Assembly: GCA_973895155.1 (NCBI GenBank)
Contig: OZ316892.1
Location: 21,577,619-21,641,618, forward strand
Source: Marsupella aquatica
Taxonomy: Eukaryota; Plantae; Marchantiophyta
Reading direction: 5' to 3'
DNA: 64,000 bases
The number at the start of each line of letters is the position of its first letter. Position 1 is the first letter of the stretch. The notes under the pieces are model-generated. The model was not told where the DNA came from and searched no databases. It saw only the letters and a list, made by a program, of their open reading frames with translations. Shown piece after piece: positions 1 through 12,200 of the stretch. The position numbers and the translations under genes were made by a program.

Positions 1-2687
1 ATGTACCTGCTCACCTTGTCCATAGCCATGGCAAGATCAGGTCTAGTGCAAGTCATCAAATACATGAGACTCCCCACTGCCTTGTCATATGGAACCTTTG
101 ACATCAACCCCTTCTCTGTGTCATCCGTAGGACAGAACGCTGATGATAACTTGAAGTGTGGAGCCAACGGGGTACTTACTGGCTTGCTATTCTCCATGTT
201 GAACCTTGCAATTACCTTCCTCGCATAATTGCTCTGCGTCAACCATAGCTTGCTAGCCTCCAAGTCCCTAGTGATCTCCATACCCAAAATCCTCTTAGCT
301 GGCCCTAAGTCCTTCATCTTAAACTCTGCACTAAGCAGTGCCTTGAGCTTAACAATCTCAGACCTATCCTTGGCTGCAATTAGCATGTCATCCACATAAA
401 GTACTAAAACAATGAACCCAAAGACAACATTCTTCACCGGTTTCAAATACACACAAGGGTCAAATACACTTCTGTGAAAACCTTGTGACCGAATCCAATC
501 GTCAAACCGCTTGTTCCACTGTCTTGGTGACTGCTTCAACCCATACAAGGATTTCAGCAATCTGCAAACCAATTCCTCCTGTCCTCTCTTCACAAAACCT
601 AGCGGTTGTCTCATGAAGATCACCTCTTCCAATGTGCCATAGAGGAAAGCTGTGACAACATCCATCTGATCTAGGAGCAGACCAAACATTACAACAAGTA
701 CACACAATAGTCGTATTGTAGAGTACTTAGCAACTGGTGAGAAGACCTCATTGTAATCCACACCTTTCTCTTGTGTGAATCCCTTTGCTACCAATCTAGC
801 CTTGTAGACCTTCGATCCACCTCCTATGGAATTATCCTTCAGCTTGTAAATCCACTTGCTGTCCACCACTTGCTGACCCTTAGGCAGCTTAACAAGCTCC
901 CAAGTTTTGGTGTCCTTTAGTGACTGCATCTCCGTTTGCATTGCTGCAGTCCACTTCTGCTTCTCCTTTGAAGCACTTGCCTCATGAAATGAAGAAGGTT
1001 CTCCTTCTTCCAAAATTAACGCATCACCCTCATCATCAGCTGTAAAATCATCCTCTTGCAGTTGAGATGAATCAACCCACTGTCCATACCTTGGTGGAGC
1101 GCGTACAGTGCGACCAGATGTTCTTCTAGCCGATGACTCCGGTTGATCTGCGTGTGCTGGTACAATTTGAAGCTCAATAGCATCCACTTGCTGCTCACCA
1201 GCATCAACAAACTCCTCTGGTTCCTCTGGCACAGGAACCAGCTCCATAATTGGAGCAACTCCTTCTCTCCGGTCATGCACCTCATAACCAATCTCCCCCT
1301 CAACGAGATCCGGGATAGGAGATTTTCCTTTGTCAGTACGGGAGACCTGAGTATTCTCCCCCTCCTTCAATAATCTGGATTCATTGAAGGAAACATCCCT
1401 ACTGACAACGAGCTTACAAGCAATAGGATCCCATAGCCTATAGGCTTTCACACCACTCTGGTACCCAAGAAAAACACATTTCCTGGAGGTAGGATCCAAC
1501 TTGGTCCTATTCTGCTTTGGTGTGAGAGCATATGCATCACTTCCAAAAATTACCAAGCCATGATAGTCTGCTTGCCGCTTATAGCGCATCTCAAACGGCG
1601 TTTTGAAATTGATAGCACTAGAAGGAGAAAGATTTACCAAATAAGCTGCGGTATTGACAGCTTCTGCCCAAAATTCTTGTGGTAAACCTGATTGGCTCAA
1701 CATACTCCGTGACCGCTCCAACAGTGTCCGATTGAGCCTCTCAGCGATACCATTCTGCTGCGGAGTATAAATTGTGGTGAGATGGCGAGTTATCCCCTGT
1801 TCTGAACAGTACTCTTCAAATTCCATTGAAGTGTACTCCCCGCCGTTGTCTGACCTCAGACTCTTCACCCTTGTATCCAAACACTTGATCGTGTTTCCAG
1901 TCTGATTCTCCACCTGGGCCTTCCACTTCTTAAAAATGGACAAGACATCAGACTTATGCGTCATGAAATAAATCCACACAAATCTTGAGTAATCATCAAT
2001 AAATGATACATAGTACAACTTTCCAGAGTGTGAGGGAGTCGGGGATGGACCCCACACGTCACTATGTATGTACTCAAGAACCGCTTTGGAACGATGAGTT
2101 CCAATACCAAAAGCACGACGATGCTGCTTTCCAAGAATGCAATGCTCACAAAACTCTAATTTACAAGATTGCAAATCAGAAATGAGTCCATTCTTGCGTA
2201 AGATAGCCAAACCCTTCTCACTCATGTGGCCTAGCCGTGAATGCCACAGTTGAGTCATCTCCTCGTGAGACTTGGTTACATTGGCCTCTCCATATACAGT
2301 ATTGCCCTGTAATATATATAAATTCTTTTGTCTACTCCCCTTCAAAATCACTGTCTCTCCTGACCTGACTTGAAGTTCACCATCAATAACGCTCCATTGA
2401 TGACCATTTGAATCCAACACACCGAGTGAAATCAGATTCTTACGCATGCCAGGTACATACCTGACTCCGGACACTGTGCGCACAGCGCCATCAAACATTT
2501 GAATCTTCACAGACCCAATTCCCTCAATTTGACAGGAGTGATCATTTCCCATCAGAACTGAACCGTTTGAAACAGAGTAAGAACTGAAAAACTCACGAAT
2601 GTAACAAATATGAAAAGAGCAAGCACAATCAAGAATCCACACATCATCTGCTCTCCTAGATGACGTGCACAGGGCATACCCCCGGCT
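1..2687 (-). CDS. pol: copia pol (PR-IN-RT), partial; apparently uninterrupted frame running off the window
   Basis: WILDCACSFH, HSDVWGP (codon at 2060) and YVDD (codon at 398) are all in one frame. No stop-terminated ORF in this frame appears in the ORF track. Confidence 0.88.
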
Positions 2688-3773
2688 TCATAAAACATAC
2701 TCATCATTGAGTAAATCAGCTTCTCCATCAGCCCTAGCCATATTTGCCGATGAAGTTTCCGCTGCCTTTCCCTTACAGTCTCGCTTGAAGTGTCCAACTT
2801 GGTTGCACTTCCAACATGTCACCTGCCTCCTCTGAGGGGATTTACCCTTGGACTTAGATCTGGATTTAGATCTAAACTGGGTTCTACGGTCCCCAGTTGG
2901 TCGCTGCATACTCCTCCCACGGTTAACATTGAGGGTAGCACCAGATGATGAAGGCTGTGACGTGATGTGCATCTTCTGCTGAAGATCATCACTAAGCAGA
3001 GAACTTACCACGTCATTGTATGAAATGGTATCCCTATCACGATGCAACAACACTCGTGATAGGGACTGGTAAGATGGAGGCAATGAACTAAGAAGCTGCA
3101 GAGCCTTCGTCTCATCATTCAAAGTCTCCCCAAGGTTTTCCAAGTCAACGACCATGTCGTTGAAAGCATCCACATGGTCTTGCAACTTCGTACCAGATTC
3201 CTTCATCCTGAAACTCATCAGTTTGTAGGAAGTGTAGAGCCGGTTCGACAACTCCTTGTGGTGATACTTGCTCTGCAATTCCGCAAACAAGGACATGCAA
3301 TCCTTATGTGCACCCAACTGCTTGATGATGGGAGGCATGAGATAGAGTGTAACACACCACACTCCCTGCTCCTGCATGCGGTCCCATTGTTTCTCATCAA
3401 CATCGTCTTCACGAGGGCTCAGCAGTTGGCCCATCCCTGACGCATAAAGCACTCCCTTCACCTGCTTCTCCCATAGCAAGTAGTCAGAGCGCCCATCATA
3501 CTTTGTCACTTCATACTTGGGTCCCCCAAGCTTGAAAGTCCCCATCTTCTTCTTTACCGTGAGCTCCGGTAGTAGTACTGCTTCCTCCACCACACGCCGC
3601 ACCGGTGATGGTATCGGTGTCACGTGCTCTTCCTCTTGCTCCTCTCTCTGCCCCTGAAACCTCCGCGGTGATCCTCGTGCTTCAAGTTCCACGTCTTCGA
3701 AAAACTCCTCCGAATCACTTGTCAACAACGAATGTTGATCAATTGCACTTGGTGCCGTCACCAAGTCCAACAA
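2688..3773 (-). CDS. gag: copia Gag (UBN2-type, CCHC zinc knuckle); true start uncertain
   Basis: 361-codon ORF with KYDGRSDYLLW, LLSSLPPSY and CX2CX4HX4C. Confidence 0.92.
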   Translation of the reverse strand: MLDLVTAPSAIDQHSLLTSDSEEFFEDVELEARGSPRRFQGQREEQEEEHVTPIPSPVRRVVEEAVLLPELTVKKKMGTFKLGGPKYEVTKYDGRSDYLLWEKQVKGVLYASGMGQLLSPREDDVDEKQWDRMQEQGVWCVTLYLMPPIIKQLGAHKDCMSLFAELQSKYHHKELSNRLYTSYKLMSFRMKESGTKLQDHVDAFNDMVVDLENLGETLNDETKALQLLSSLPPSYQSLSRVLLHRDRDTISYNDVVSSLLSDDLQQKMHITSQPSSSGATLNVNRGRSMQRPTGDRRTQFRSKSRSKSKGKSPQRRQVTCWKCNQVGHFKRDCKGKAAETSSANMARADGEADLLNDEYVL

Positions 3774-4125
3774 GGTAATTGATTTTGCTTAGCCTTCCTC
3801 TTTGCATCAAAGAGCCAATCCCGGACTCAAAAACAATCGTCTTGCCTCAATCTCTCCGTTGAGTCAAAACACTTGACGCTTCTCCCTCCGAGTCGATTGC
3901 TAACTTTCTTCACAAAATCCAGAACGACGAAAACTTAGATCTCTCTACACCATGAGCTCCGTTCAACGATTTCTTCACACCGTTAGAAAGCTCTTGCCCT
4001 GATCTATCCGTTGAGCCCATAAACTCCAAGTTCCATGCGATGGAACTTTGGAAAATCCACCAACACTCAACGCTGGAAAAACCGTCATGAAATCCCGTCA
4101 CGAACACACATCACCTCCCAAGCAT

Positions 4126-4137
4126 GCTCTGATACCA
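4126..4137 (-). promoter_or_regulatory. Primer binding site (tRNA-iMet) of copia A
   Basis: TGGTATCAGAGC on the minus strand. Confidence 0.93.
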
Positions 4138-4138
4138 G

Positions 4139-4581
4139 TGTATGTCGTTGCAGCGGTTGATGGCCTCCCGAATGCCGACTATCTTGTTCTCACAAAACAG
4201 AAGATCGTCGAGTTTGTCGGCAGTAGGCGTCCACAAGAATTCAGCCGTAATGAGTTTTCCTCCTAGGAAAGTAGACTTCTGCAGCTCCCACAGTCAAGCA
4301 AGCTCTTGCCGTTCTCGAGCCGCTCTCTCTGATTCTTCGTCCTGGTAGGTCCCAATGTACTCAGTTGCCCGTTCTAACAGGCATCCCCAAAAATGAGCAG
4401 CTTGATTGTCGTTGCTCATACCCCTCTTGAGTTGATCGTCGGTATCTGCTTCCTGTTGGGTATTTACTCTTACGTCTAGGTTAGGTATGACGTGGTTGGT
4501 ACAACAATGTGGGTTGGTACAACAACGTGGGTTGGTACAACAACATGGTTTGGTACAACTACGTGGTTAGGTACAATTACA
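4139..4581 (-). repeat. Putative 5' LTR of copia A (TGTA...TACA, 443 bp)
   Basis: TGT begins 1 nt from the PBS and the segment ends in TACA. The partner LTR is outside the window, so it cannot be confirmed. Confidence 0.6.
4491..4580. repeat. 18-bp tandem repeat (~5 units, GTGGGTTGGTACAACAAC) in the putative U3
   Basis: Units are directly visible and degenerate towards the right. Confidence 0.9.
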
Positions 4582-4849
4582 TTTCCGCGGCAATGCAATG
4601 GAGGAAAGTGGCGTTTCGGAGAGTTTTTGCCAGTTTTATCGGTCATTGCATTGCCTTAGAAAAAAAACGGGATCGGGCTAAACGAGAACTCCGACACACT
4701 TCTCGGTCGGTTCGAAATCGTGTTCATTCCCACTCTTCCAAGAGTAGTTTGAGGGGACCCGACCTAGCAGAGCAGCCCCAAGTCTCCCCCACCAGATGTC
4801 ACTCCCCCTAGTTTTGACGGCATAAAACAGACGGTACAGGAGTTTCAAA

Positions 4850-7438
4850 AACGACGAAGGGAGGAAGAGGAGGCAGCCCTGGCAAGGGAGAAGGATTTAC
4901 CAAGAGGAGAATGGCCAGAGGACATCCGATGGCTTGCAGAAAAATGAAGCAGCCCGCCAGCCATGATAGAAGAAATTTGCAAGGCTGCCTGGGAACAAAG
5001 GCCGCGGTGGATGATGTCGATGACTTCTGCTCACTCCGCCTATGCTAAAGAACGAGCCATGGAGTACGGGGAGATGTGTGGGGAACTTGCGCTCGGCATC
5101 TTTGGGGAGGAGTTGGAGCAGGGACCTTTTTTCCAGAGGGAAATGTTGGAGAAGCACCGATTAGAAGAAGCGGTGGCTTTGGAAAGAAGCAAGAAGGATG
5201 AGGTCATCCGTCGGCTTAGGGCAAGGGAAGCCGAGGTAGAAGACCTGAAGGCGTCCAAGAAAGCCCAAGATGAGCTACGGATTAAGCGGCATGAGCTCAA
5301 CATCATGCAAGGGCAATTGGATACCGCGTAGTCTGATAATCAGATTATCAAGGATAAACTGACTCGGACCCAATGTGATCTGGCCGATTTGATCAAGGAG
5401 AAGGAGAAGTGGAAGTGAGAGCTGAGAGACGCAGAGGAGGCCCACATAGCAGCCAACAATCGGGCCATAGCGGAAACTCAGAGAAGGGAAAGGGCGCTGA
5501 AGGGGGAACTCGAGGATATCTACAGAGCCCTTGAGCAGAAGGAGGCCGAGTTAGGGAAATCCTATCAGGCGATTATCGTGTTGCGGCAGGAGCTTGCATC
5601 CGTGACGGCCAGCTTCAAGGCCAACCTCCGCGAGAAAGACAACCAGCTCGACCAGACTTATGCCAAGATGAATAAAATGGAGTCTGAGGTCGTTACGAAC
5701 TGAGAGCAACCTAGGAGGAGAGGGCTACCTCCCTGGGCCCTTAGTGTTACTAATACAAGGAAGACGTGCGAACAACGCAAGGGTATTTTTAATGTAATGC
5801 AAACTAATTTTTATAACAGTTTTTAAAGTAGGCAACATCACTCTATATACATTCATCATAATATTAGTAATAAGGCAAGAATCAAATACATGTCACATAA
5901 ATCTTATGCAAGGGTACCCAAAATGCCAAGTACACGCGTCACTATATGGTTGACACACATGTCATCACTTCATTTGCACATGTGTCCATATAGTAAATCA
6001 GATATTTAATTATTATCGTCTTAAGGCAAGTTTGGTTTTGTTGGTCCCCTTATGGTGGAAAAAATGGGTTAAGGTAGACATGTTTACCCGCATGTTTAGG
6101 AGTTAAGTGGGGAATTGAGTAAATTTTGGGCCAGGATCTTTGGGCCCAACTTGGTTGGGAACTGGGATTGATGGGGATCCATGGATCAATCCCACATGGA
6201 CGGACAAGATTACTTTTGAATTCCCTTGAATCAAACAGCCATGTATGAGGCCAGATGTGTTTGTGTATTGAGGGAGGGGTCTCGAGCGCTCAAACAATGT
6301 TTGTTATAGTTGGTTTAGACTTTGAAGTATTATTCATGGATTATACATATATAGTACTAATGAAACTAGAAGTTCAGAGGCACTTTTGCGAACACTAAGA
6401 CAAAACCGCAGGTCTATGTGTAAACTATAGGAAGAACTATAATTTTCTCTCATCCTAATTTTGTTTATCTATATAAAATATGTACCTTGAACATCGAGCA
6501 TAACATACAAGTCCCCTATGAAAGATAAAGTTTTAACTATTTTAGTATGATATTTGTAATTCTAAAAATTCAAGGGTGTTTTCAATTCCTTGAAAAACTC
6601 TATTATAATTTACAAAAGGATAAAATTTAATAGGAAAAGTTAATATTTTTACATTAACAAGGGGATTTTATTTGTGAACAAAAATATTAAGAAGGGGTAC
6701 ACGGGGGTATCTGTTCTCAGGGGGGGTTCACTTGATATAGTAAGAGTGAGGGCCCAGGGGGCTACCTTAAAGAAAGAGTTGGAGGAAGCCCAGAAGGAGC
6801 GGGAGAAGGTGTGCAAGGACCTGGATGAATTGCAAGAGGAGTTGGAGGAAAGCAGGCGGAAGATGGAGAACTTACAGCGGTGAGCCGACAACCAAACGGA
6901 GCGGCTGAAGAAACAAGCCACAGTATTTAAGTGCTTGGCTTCCTCAGGACCAACTCCAATTGGGGCAACCAAGTTACCTGGTGTAGTACTGGCCAAAGGA
7001 CAAGCCGAGACACTTGCACCAGTGCCGGAGGTAAGTGGTAAGGGGAAGGGGCCAGCTACCGAACCAAAGAAGAAGAAGAAGCGGAAACCTTCTGGGTCAG
7101 GGAGTAATACACCTCCTCAAGCCGTCGTGACCAAGGAGGTAAACCCAACACCAACCTTAGGCAGGGTCACGGTAGAGGATCCAACTACCCTAGAACGCGG
7201 GGATGATGAAGCCGGGGCTAGGATACTCGGGGATGAAGCCGGGGTATCGAATCCATCACTAGAACATGTCGGGGAGGTCGTGGTCGATGCTGAGGCTGAA
7301 GCCGAGGGTGGACCTAGTCAGGCCGATGGAGAGTTGACTCGGTCAGGAGCAGGTAATCTGTCAGAGGACGAACTTACGATAGTGGCTACGGAGGAAGTGT
7401 TGGGGGCGTCCATTGAGGACCCGACACCGCTGCCATGA
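4850..7438 (+). pseudogene. Degenerate coiled-coil / acidic-tail ORF, probably a TE accessory ORF; split by a TIR insertion
   Basis: E/K/R-rich heptad-like ORF pieces (4963-5331, 6674-6883, 6935-7438). Removing 5731-6759 and one TSD restores EERATLKKELEEAQK. Confidence 0.5.
5731..6759. mobile_element. Non-autonomous TIR element, 8-bp TSD GGCTACCT
   Basis: Imperfect 22-bp TIR (CCCTGGGCCCTTAGTGTTACTA vs CCCTGGGCCCTCACTCTTACTA). GGCTACCT at 5723-5730 and 6760-6767. AT-rich interior. Confidence 0.9.
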
Positions 7439-8599
7439 CGGTGGTGGGGGGCCGCTCCTTTTAAGGAGGGCTAACATGGAGGGAGGAGGCGTGAGTGGGC
7501 AGGGCGAGCTCAGATCTCCAAGTTTAGAATTACGATCAGGACCAAGGGGCGGCCCTAACACTTAGCTTAGTGGGATTGCGGATCCACTGGTAAGAGCAAC
7601 ACTTGTGCTCCTGCCTCGCTGTACATAGATAGATTATAATTAGGTAGATTAGGCTTACGCTGCAAGGAATTAGGCGGATCCACTACCAGGATAAGTACCT
7701 GGGCAGTGGGGAGTTCAGGGCCTTCTTCCTTAGCAAGTTTTTAGTGCACCAACAGGGCTGGGATCAAGTAGTTAAAGAAGCTCTCAGTTAGTTATACTGT
7801 GACCCTTGTGTATATTCATGTTTCCTCATACCTAAGAGATGAATAGAGTTGGCCTCACGGCTTAGTTCGCAAATCTTGTGTACGAGAAGTACTGTTTGTA
7901 TGGCAAGTGCATGATATAACTCAATCAAAAGGAGTCATTTTGCTATTTGTGTGTCGCATTAACTTGTTTGAAGATTGCCCACATCAACCAAGAAGGGAGT
8001 AAGCAAGGTAGTAAGAGTTGGATGTGTCGAGCTGAGAGAGGTCTTAGCGGCTTACCCAAGCCAGTTGGGGATCATTCCGGCAACGGAATCCAAACATACC
8101 TTAAGGGAAACCGAGAGAGAAGGACAAGGGAAGGCCTAGAATAGGCCGGCTACGTATCTCATGACCCGATGAAGGATCTGTCGAGTATATGTGAGTAAAA
8201 TGTTAATAGCCATAGTAGTAGAGGGAAGTTAGCAGCATCCCATGCCGCTAAGCCACGAAATCGGCCTCGCCAAGAGCAAAACCTGCGGGAATCGGCTTGA
8301 GTAGAGGGGTTTCTTGGGTTTAGGGAGCCATGGGACGCACCACAATGCCTAATTTTCTTCTCCCACAATGACAAGACCCAAGAGAGCAAAGGGTCAATTA
8401 AAAAAATAGTTCCTCTCGAGTTCAAATAGCTCCGGCCCTCCAGAGCAACATGAACACACACCGGGATGATTAACTTTTAAGAAATTGAAAAAATTGAAAA
8501 ACTCTTGTGTATATTGGCTTATTTATTTACATGGATCTTGCCAATAACACCTAATGGTGACTTTTTGAGACGGGGACCCCGTCACACTAAACACAACGG

Positions 8600-9070
8600 A
8601 AAATGTCTGATACTCCCAGCTATGGAACTACCGATACTACTAACATCGGACATTATTATCCTATATGTTTTGTATCAAAAACTTCATCCAATACCTCGCA
8701 TATTGGACAATGTCCAAAACCTCCTGTATCACAAATTGAGAGCCAAAATGTTTTTCAGATGTCCGATGATAATAGTATCGGAAGCCAATTCCGATAGGGT
8801 TGGTTTTGGAATTTACCGATATAATTATTATCGGACATATATTTTGTGATACTAATTACAATGGAAAACATTTGTGAAGGCTGAGATATCGGTTACTATC
8901 CGTCGGAATTGCTATCGGACGCCTCCTCGGTTGCGGGCTTAAGCGTCCGATCCGTGGAGTATCGGATTATGGCTTCCGATGTTATAGTATTGGAAAATCC
9001 GATACTTTGAGGATGGGAAGGGGTTTTTTGCTTTGGCAGTACTGATGTGTGTCCGATATGTTTCCGATGT
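8600..9070. repeat. Subterminal TCCGAT/ATCGGA repeat array in both orientations
   Basis: Many copies are directly visible. Confidence 0.85.
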
Positions 9071-9249
9071 TATTTGAATGGGATATGGTATGGGACTTTA
9101 GTGTTTTACAATGTCTAGGTTGCATGGACTTAATGGATTCAGATATGGGGCATACTTTAAGCAATATATATGTATACTGCATGAAATTGTGGACAATGAG
9201 AAAAATTGTAGAGTGCTGATAAAAAGATAATGCCAATAAAAATATACAT

Positions 9250-12200
9250 GAAGATGGTGGGGTCTACAATTTATACTAACTCGTGGGGGTATGTCTCTAT
9301 CTTCCACTACAACTACGTTGGGGCTCTCTTGGACTATGGACCATGATCTGGGAATATACGGCATGACAATGGACCACTTGGGGTCATTGGGATAGGGTAG
9401 GTAAAAGCATTGCTCAAGGTGATGTGGGAAGGCAAAGGGATCTGAGGACCTCCAATTGGAATTGATGACACTATTTGCGGATGTCTTCAAACGAGTAAAA
9501 CCGCATGCATCATCTTCACAAGTACAATTGTGGCCTACAAGATTCATCTTGAACCATTTGCACTTGAATACCACTTCCTCCAAAGTAGTATGTGCATGGT
9601 ATTTCACTGTTAGGATTTCCTCAATCTTCCCATAATGGGCTACAATAGAGCAAATGGGATTCATGTCTGACATGCTACTCTAGGAATCTTGGGTGAACCA
9701 ACCCATCACCCCACAATCCTGTGTAGTTGCCCTCTTCTCATCAAGTCGTTCCACACAAAAATGTCTCCCCTTTGACCACATGGCAGTCTGAGTCGTGACT
9801 ATAAGTAGTGGACCATGAACCAAGGTACGAAGTTTATCTATCACGTTTGGGTAGTGAAATACACTCTCCCCGGTACCCACTAGGGCATCCACTTCTAACA
9901 ACTTCTCCTTCATGTATGGGCAAAACTTGGGAAATAACCGTGGGCATCGACTGTTTTGCTTCTCCTCCTCATAAAATGTTGTCCACTCCCCGACAACCTC
10001 GGGTGAGCTATACAACATAAATGTTGTGAGCTGTAAATGCTCTGCTGAGCCTATGAGATGCTCTCCAGATGCCCCAGTGAGTCTATCATCCTCATAGTCA
10101 GCTCTCGTGCCGCCTCATCTATCCATCCCCTAGGAGCACTAGGATCTAGTGTGGCAACTATGTTTGTACAATAAAACATACTCTCTGCTCCAAGATGACG
10201 CTCCGCAATGCTACCTTCCACCCTAGCGCGATTAAAGACATATGACTTCATCACCCCCATATAACGCTCTACCCAATACATCCATCGACAATGGACTGGG
10301 CCTGCAATTGCAACCTCGTGCACTAAATGTATGAGGAAATGAACCTGATCATCAAAAGAATGAGGGAGGGAGTGCCTTCTCCAACTTGCAGACAACCTCT
10401 ACTCCAAATATCTCCATAGCAACAATGTCATGAATACTCTTGTACCTCCTTTTGACATACCCATCTTAAGAGCTTACCCAATGACCAAAGGGCATCACAA
10501 AGTTCCTCACTACCCAATCCAATAATAGCAACTGAAAGAACCTGTTCAAGCAACCGATGATAATCATGTGTCTTCAAGAAAGATGGCCATTTTGGAGAGT
10601 CCTCCCCCCCAAATGCCTTCCAAAGATTGGTACCATAACCTGTGGGAAACCTCATCGACCCAATACGTCTGTGAAACTCAATGCGCTATGACCTTGTCAA
10701 AACCCAAGGAGGATGGATGCTAGGGGGAGCACCAAGGGGGTCCAAAGATGGCCAAAAACCCAAAAGACCATGCATCCCCATCTCCTCACAACTTTCTCTC
10801 CAATGGTTATTTTTCTCCCCATATAGATGGCGAATCAATGATTTCCCCACATTCCCCTCAATGTGCATAGGGTCTAACAAGTGATTAATGGGCATATCTG
10901 ACCAATATGGCAATTGTGACAATGCAAACAAATGGATCATGGCACATCTGAATAATGGTAATGGATCACTCGGATCCTGAACTCTCCCCCATACCTCTCT
11001 CCAATATGCTGGATCCTTTTGCTGAGGTTGAGGACAAATATCAGGTTGGCCCTCATCAGTATCATAAAAGAATGGATCACTCCTCCAAGGATGGTCTGGT
11101 GGAAGAGATTTAGTATGACCAATGTAAACAATTTTTTGCAGAGTACTTGATTTGGGCCTGGCCACCCCCTCCAAATCGGGTCCACATGTAGAGCAAGCTC
11201 GATAGCCTGATGTTTGCAATCCAAAAACATATCCAAACCCTGCCCAGTGCATAGAAAACACATTCATAAAATAAGGTTCATCAAGGCAAAAATCTGCATA
11301 ATTGCAATTAAATGCAAGGTTTAGGTACTAGAGGAAATAAGGGTTTACCATACCTGGTAAATCATGCATGGTCCACATAAGGATGGCCTTTAGAGTAAAT
11401 GCGCGGGATAAACCTCCTGTGTTGTGACCCCTGGTATGCAACTCCCGTTTTTATAAGGCAAGTTTTAATTCCTTATAATGGCCTTGTATCCAATTGACCA
11501 TCTTAGATTTCATTTTAGTCTACTAAAGCCTTGTACCTCTGAACTCAAGGAATCCAAAACTGTAACTTAAAAAAACCAAACATGTTATGATGTACAAAAA
11601 GTTGATCAAAACCAAATTATATGAGTTTTTTTTAATACAAGGGTCTACATCCAAACTAGCCAGCATTTTAGGATTTTTATTAAAATTTTAAAAATCTTTT
11701 AATAAAAATTACAACATGTGTAGGAATGTTTTTTAATTTCATATGGAAAATGAAGAAAACCAAACCTTTTATATGACTTGAAAATTTTAAAAGAGGAAAA
11801 CCCAGGTTTTTTCAAATTTTAATTATTTTGTATAGCCAACTTTTTAGTCCATATAAAAATGTAGACCCCTGTCTATTATATAAGAGTTGCGTACCCGGGG
11901 TTGTGACGCCCATCATAACAATCCACTCCTCTCCACAGTTGTATCAACTCATCAATCAATGGCTGCAAGTACACATCAATCTTTTTAACCTGCTTAGGAC
12001 CCGGAATAATCATGGAGAGTAGTAGGTGACCTTTCTTCATAGCCATCCAAGGAGGGATGTTGTAGTTTGTCAACACTACTGGCCACACTGAATATGGTTT
12101 GGCTTTTCCTGTCAATGCAAAAGGGTTGATACCGTCTGCTGCCAAGCCTAGTTGAACATGTCGTGGGTCAATTTGAACTCTCCCCATCTATCCTCTACAA

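Larger units (their letters stand above)
1..4581 (-). mobile_element. Ty1/copia LTR retrotransposon A (3' end beyond window start)
   Basis: Minus-strand order LTR-PBS-gag (zinc knuckle CWKCNQVGHFKRDC)-protease-GAG-pre-integrase/integrase (HSDVWGP, PQQNG)-RT (ARLVAKGFTQ, YVDDML). Integrase before RT is the copia order. Confidence 0.97.

Noticed and set aside
4509-4811. ORF with GWYNNV repeats
   Set aside because: It is a translation of the 18-bp tandem repeat in the putative LTR.
4139-8460. A single TG...CA insertion from the PBS to 8460
   Set aside because: No matching 5-bp TSD, and no copia LTR resumes afterwards.
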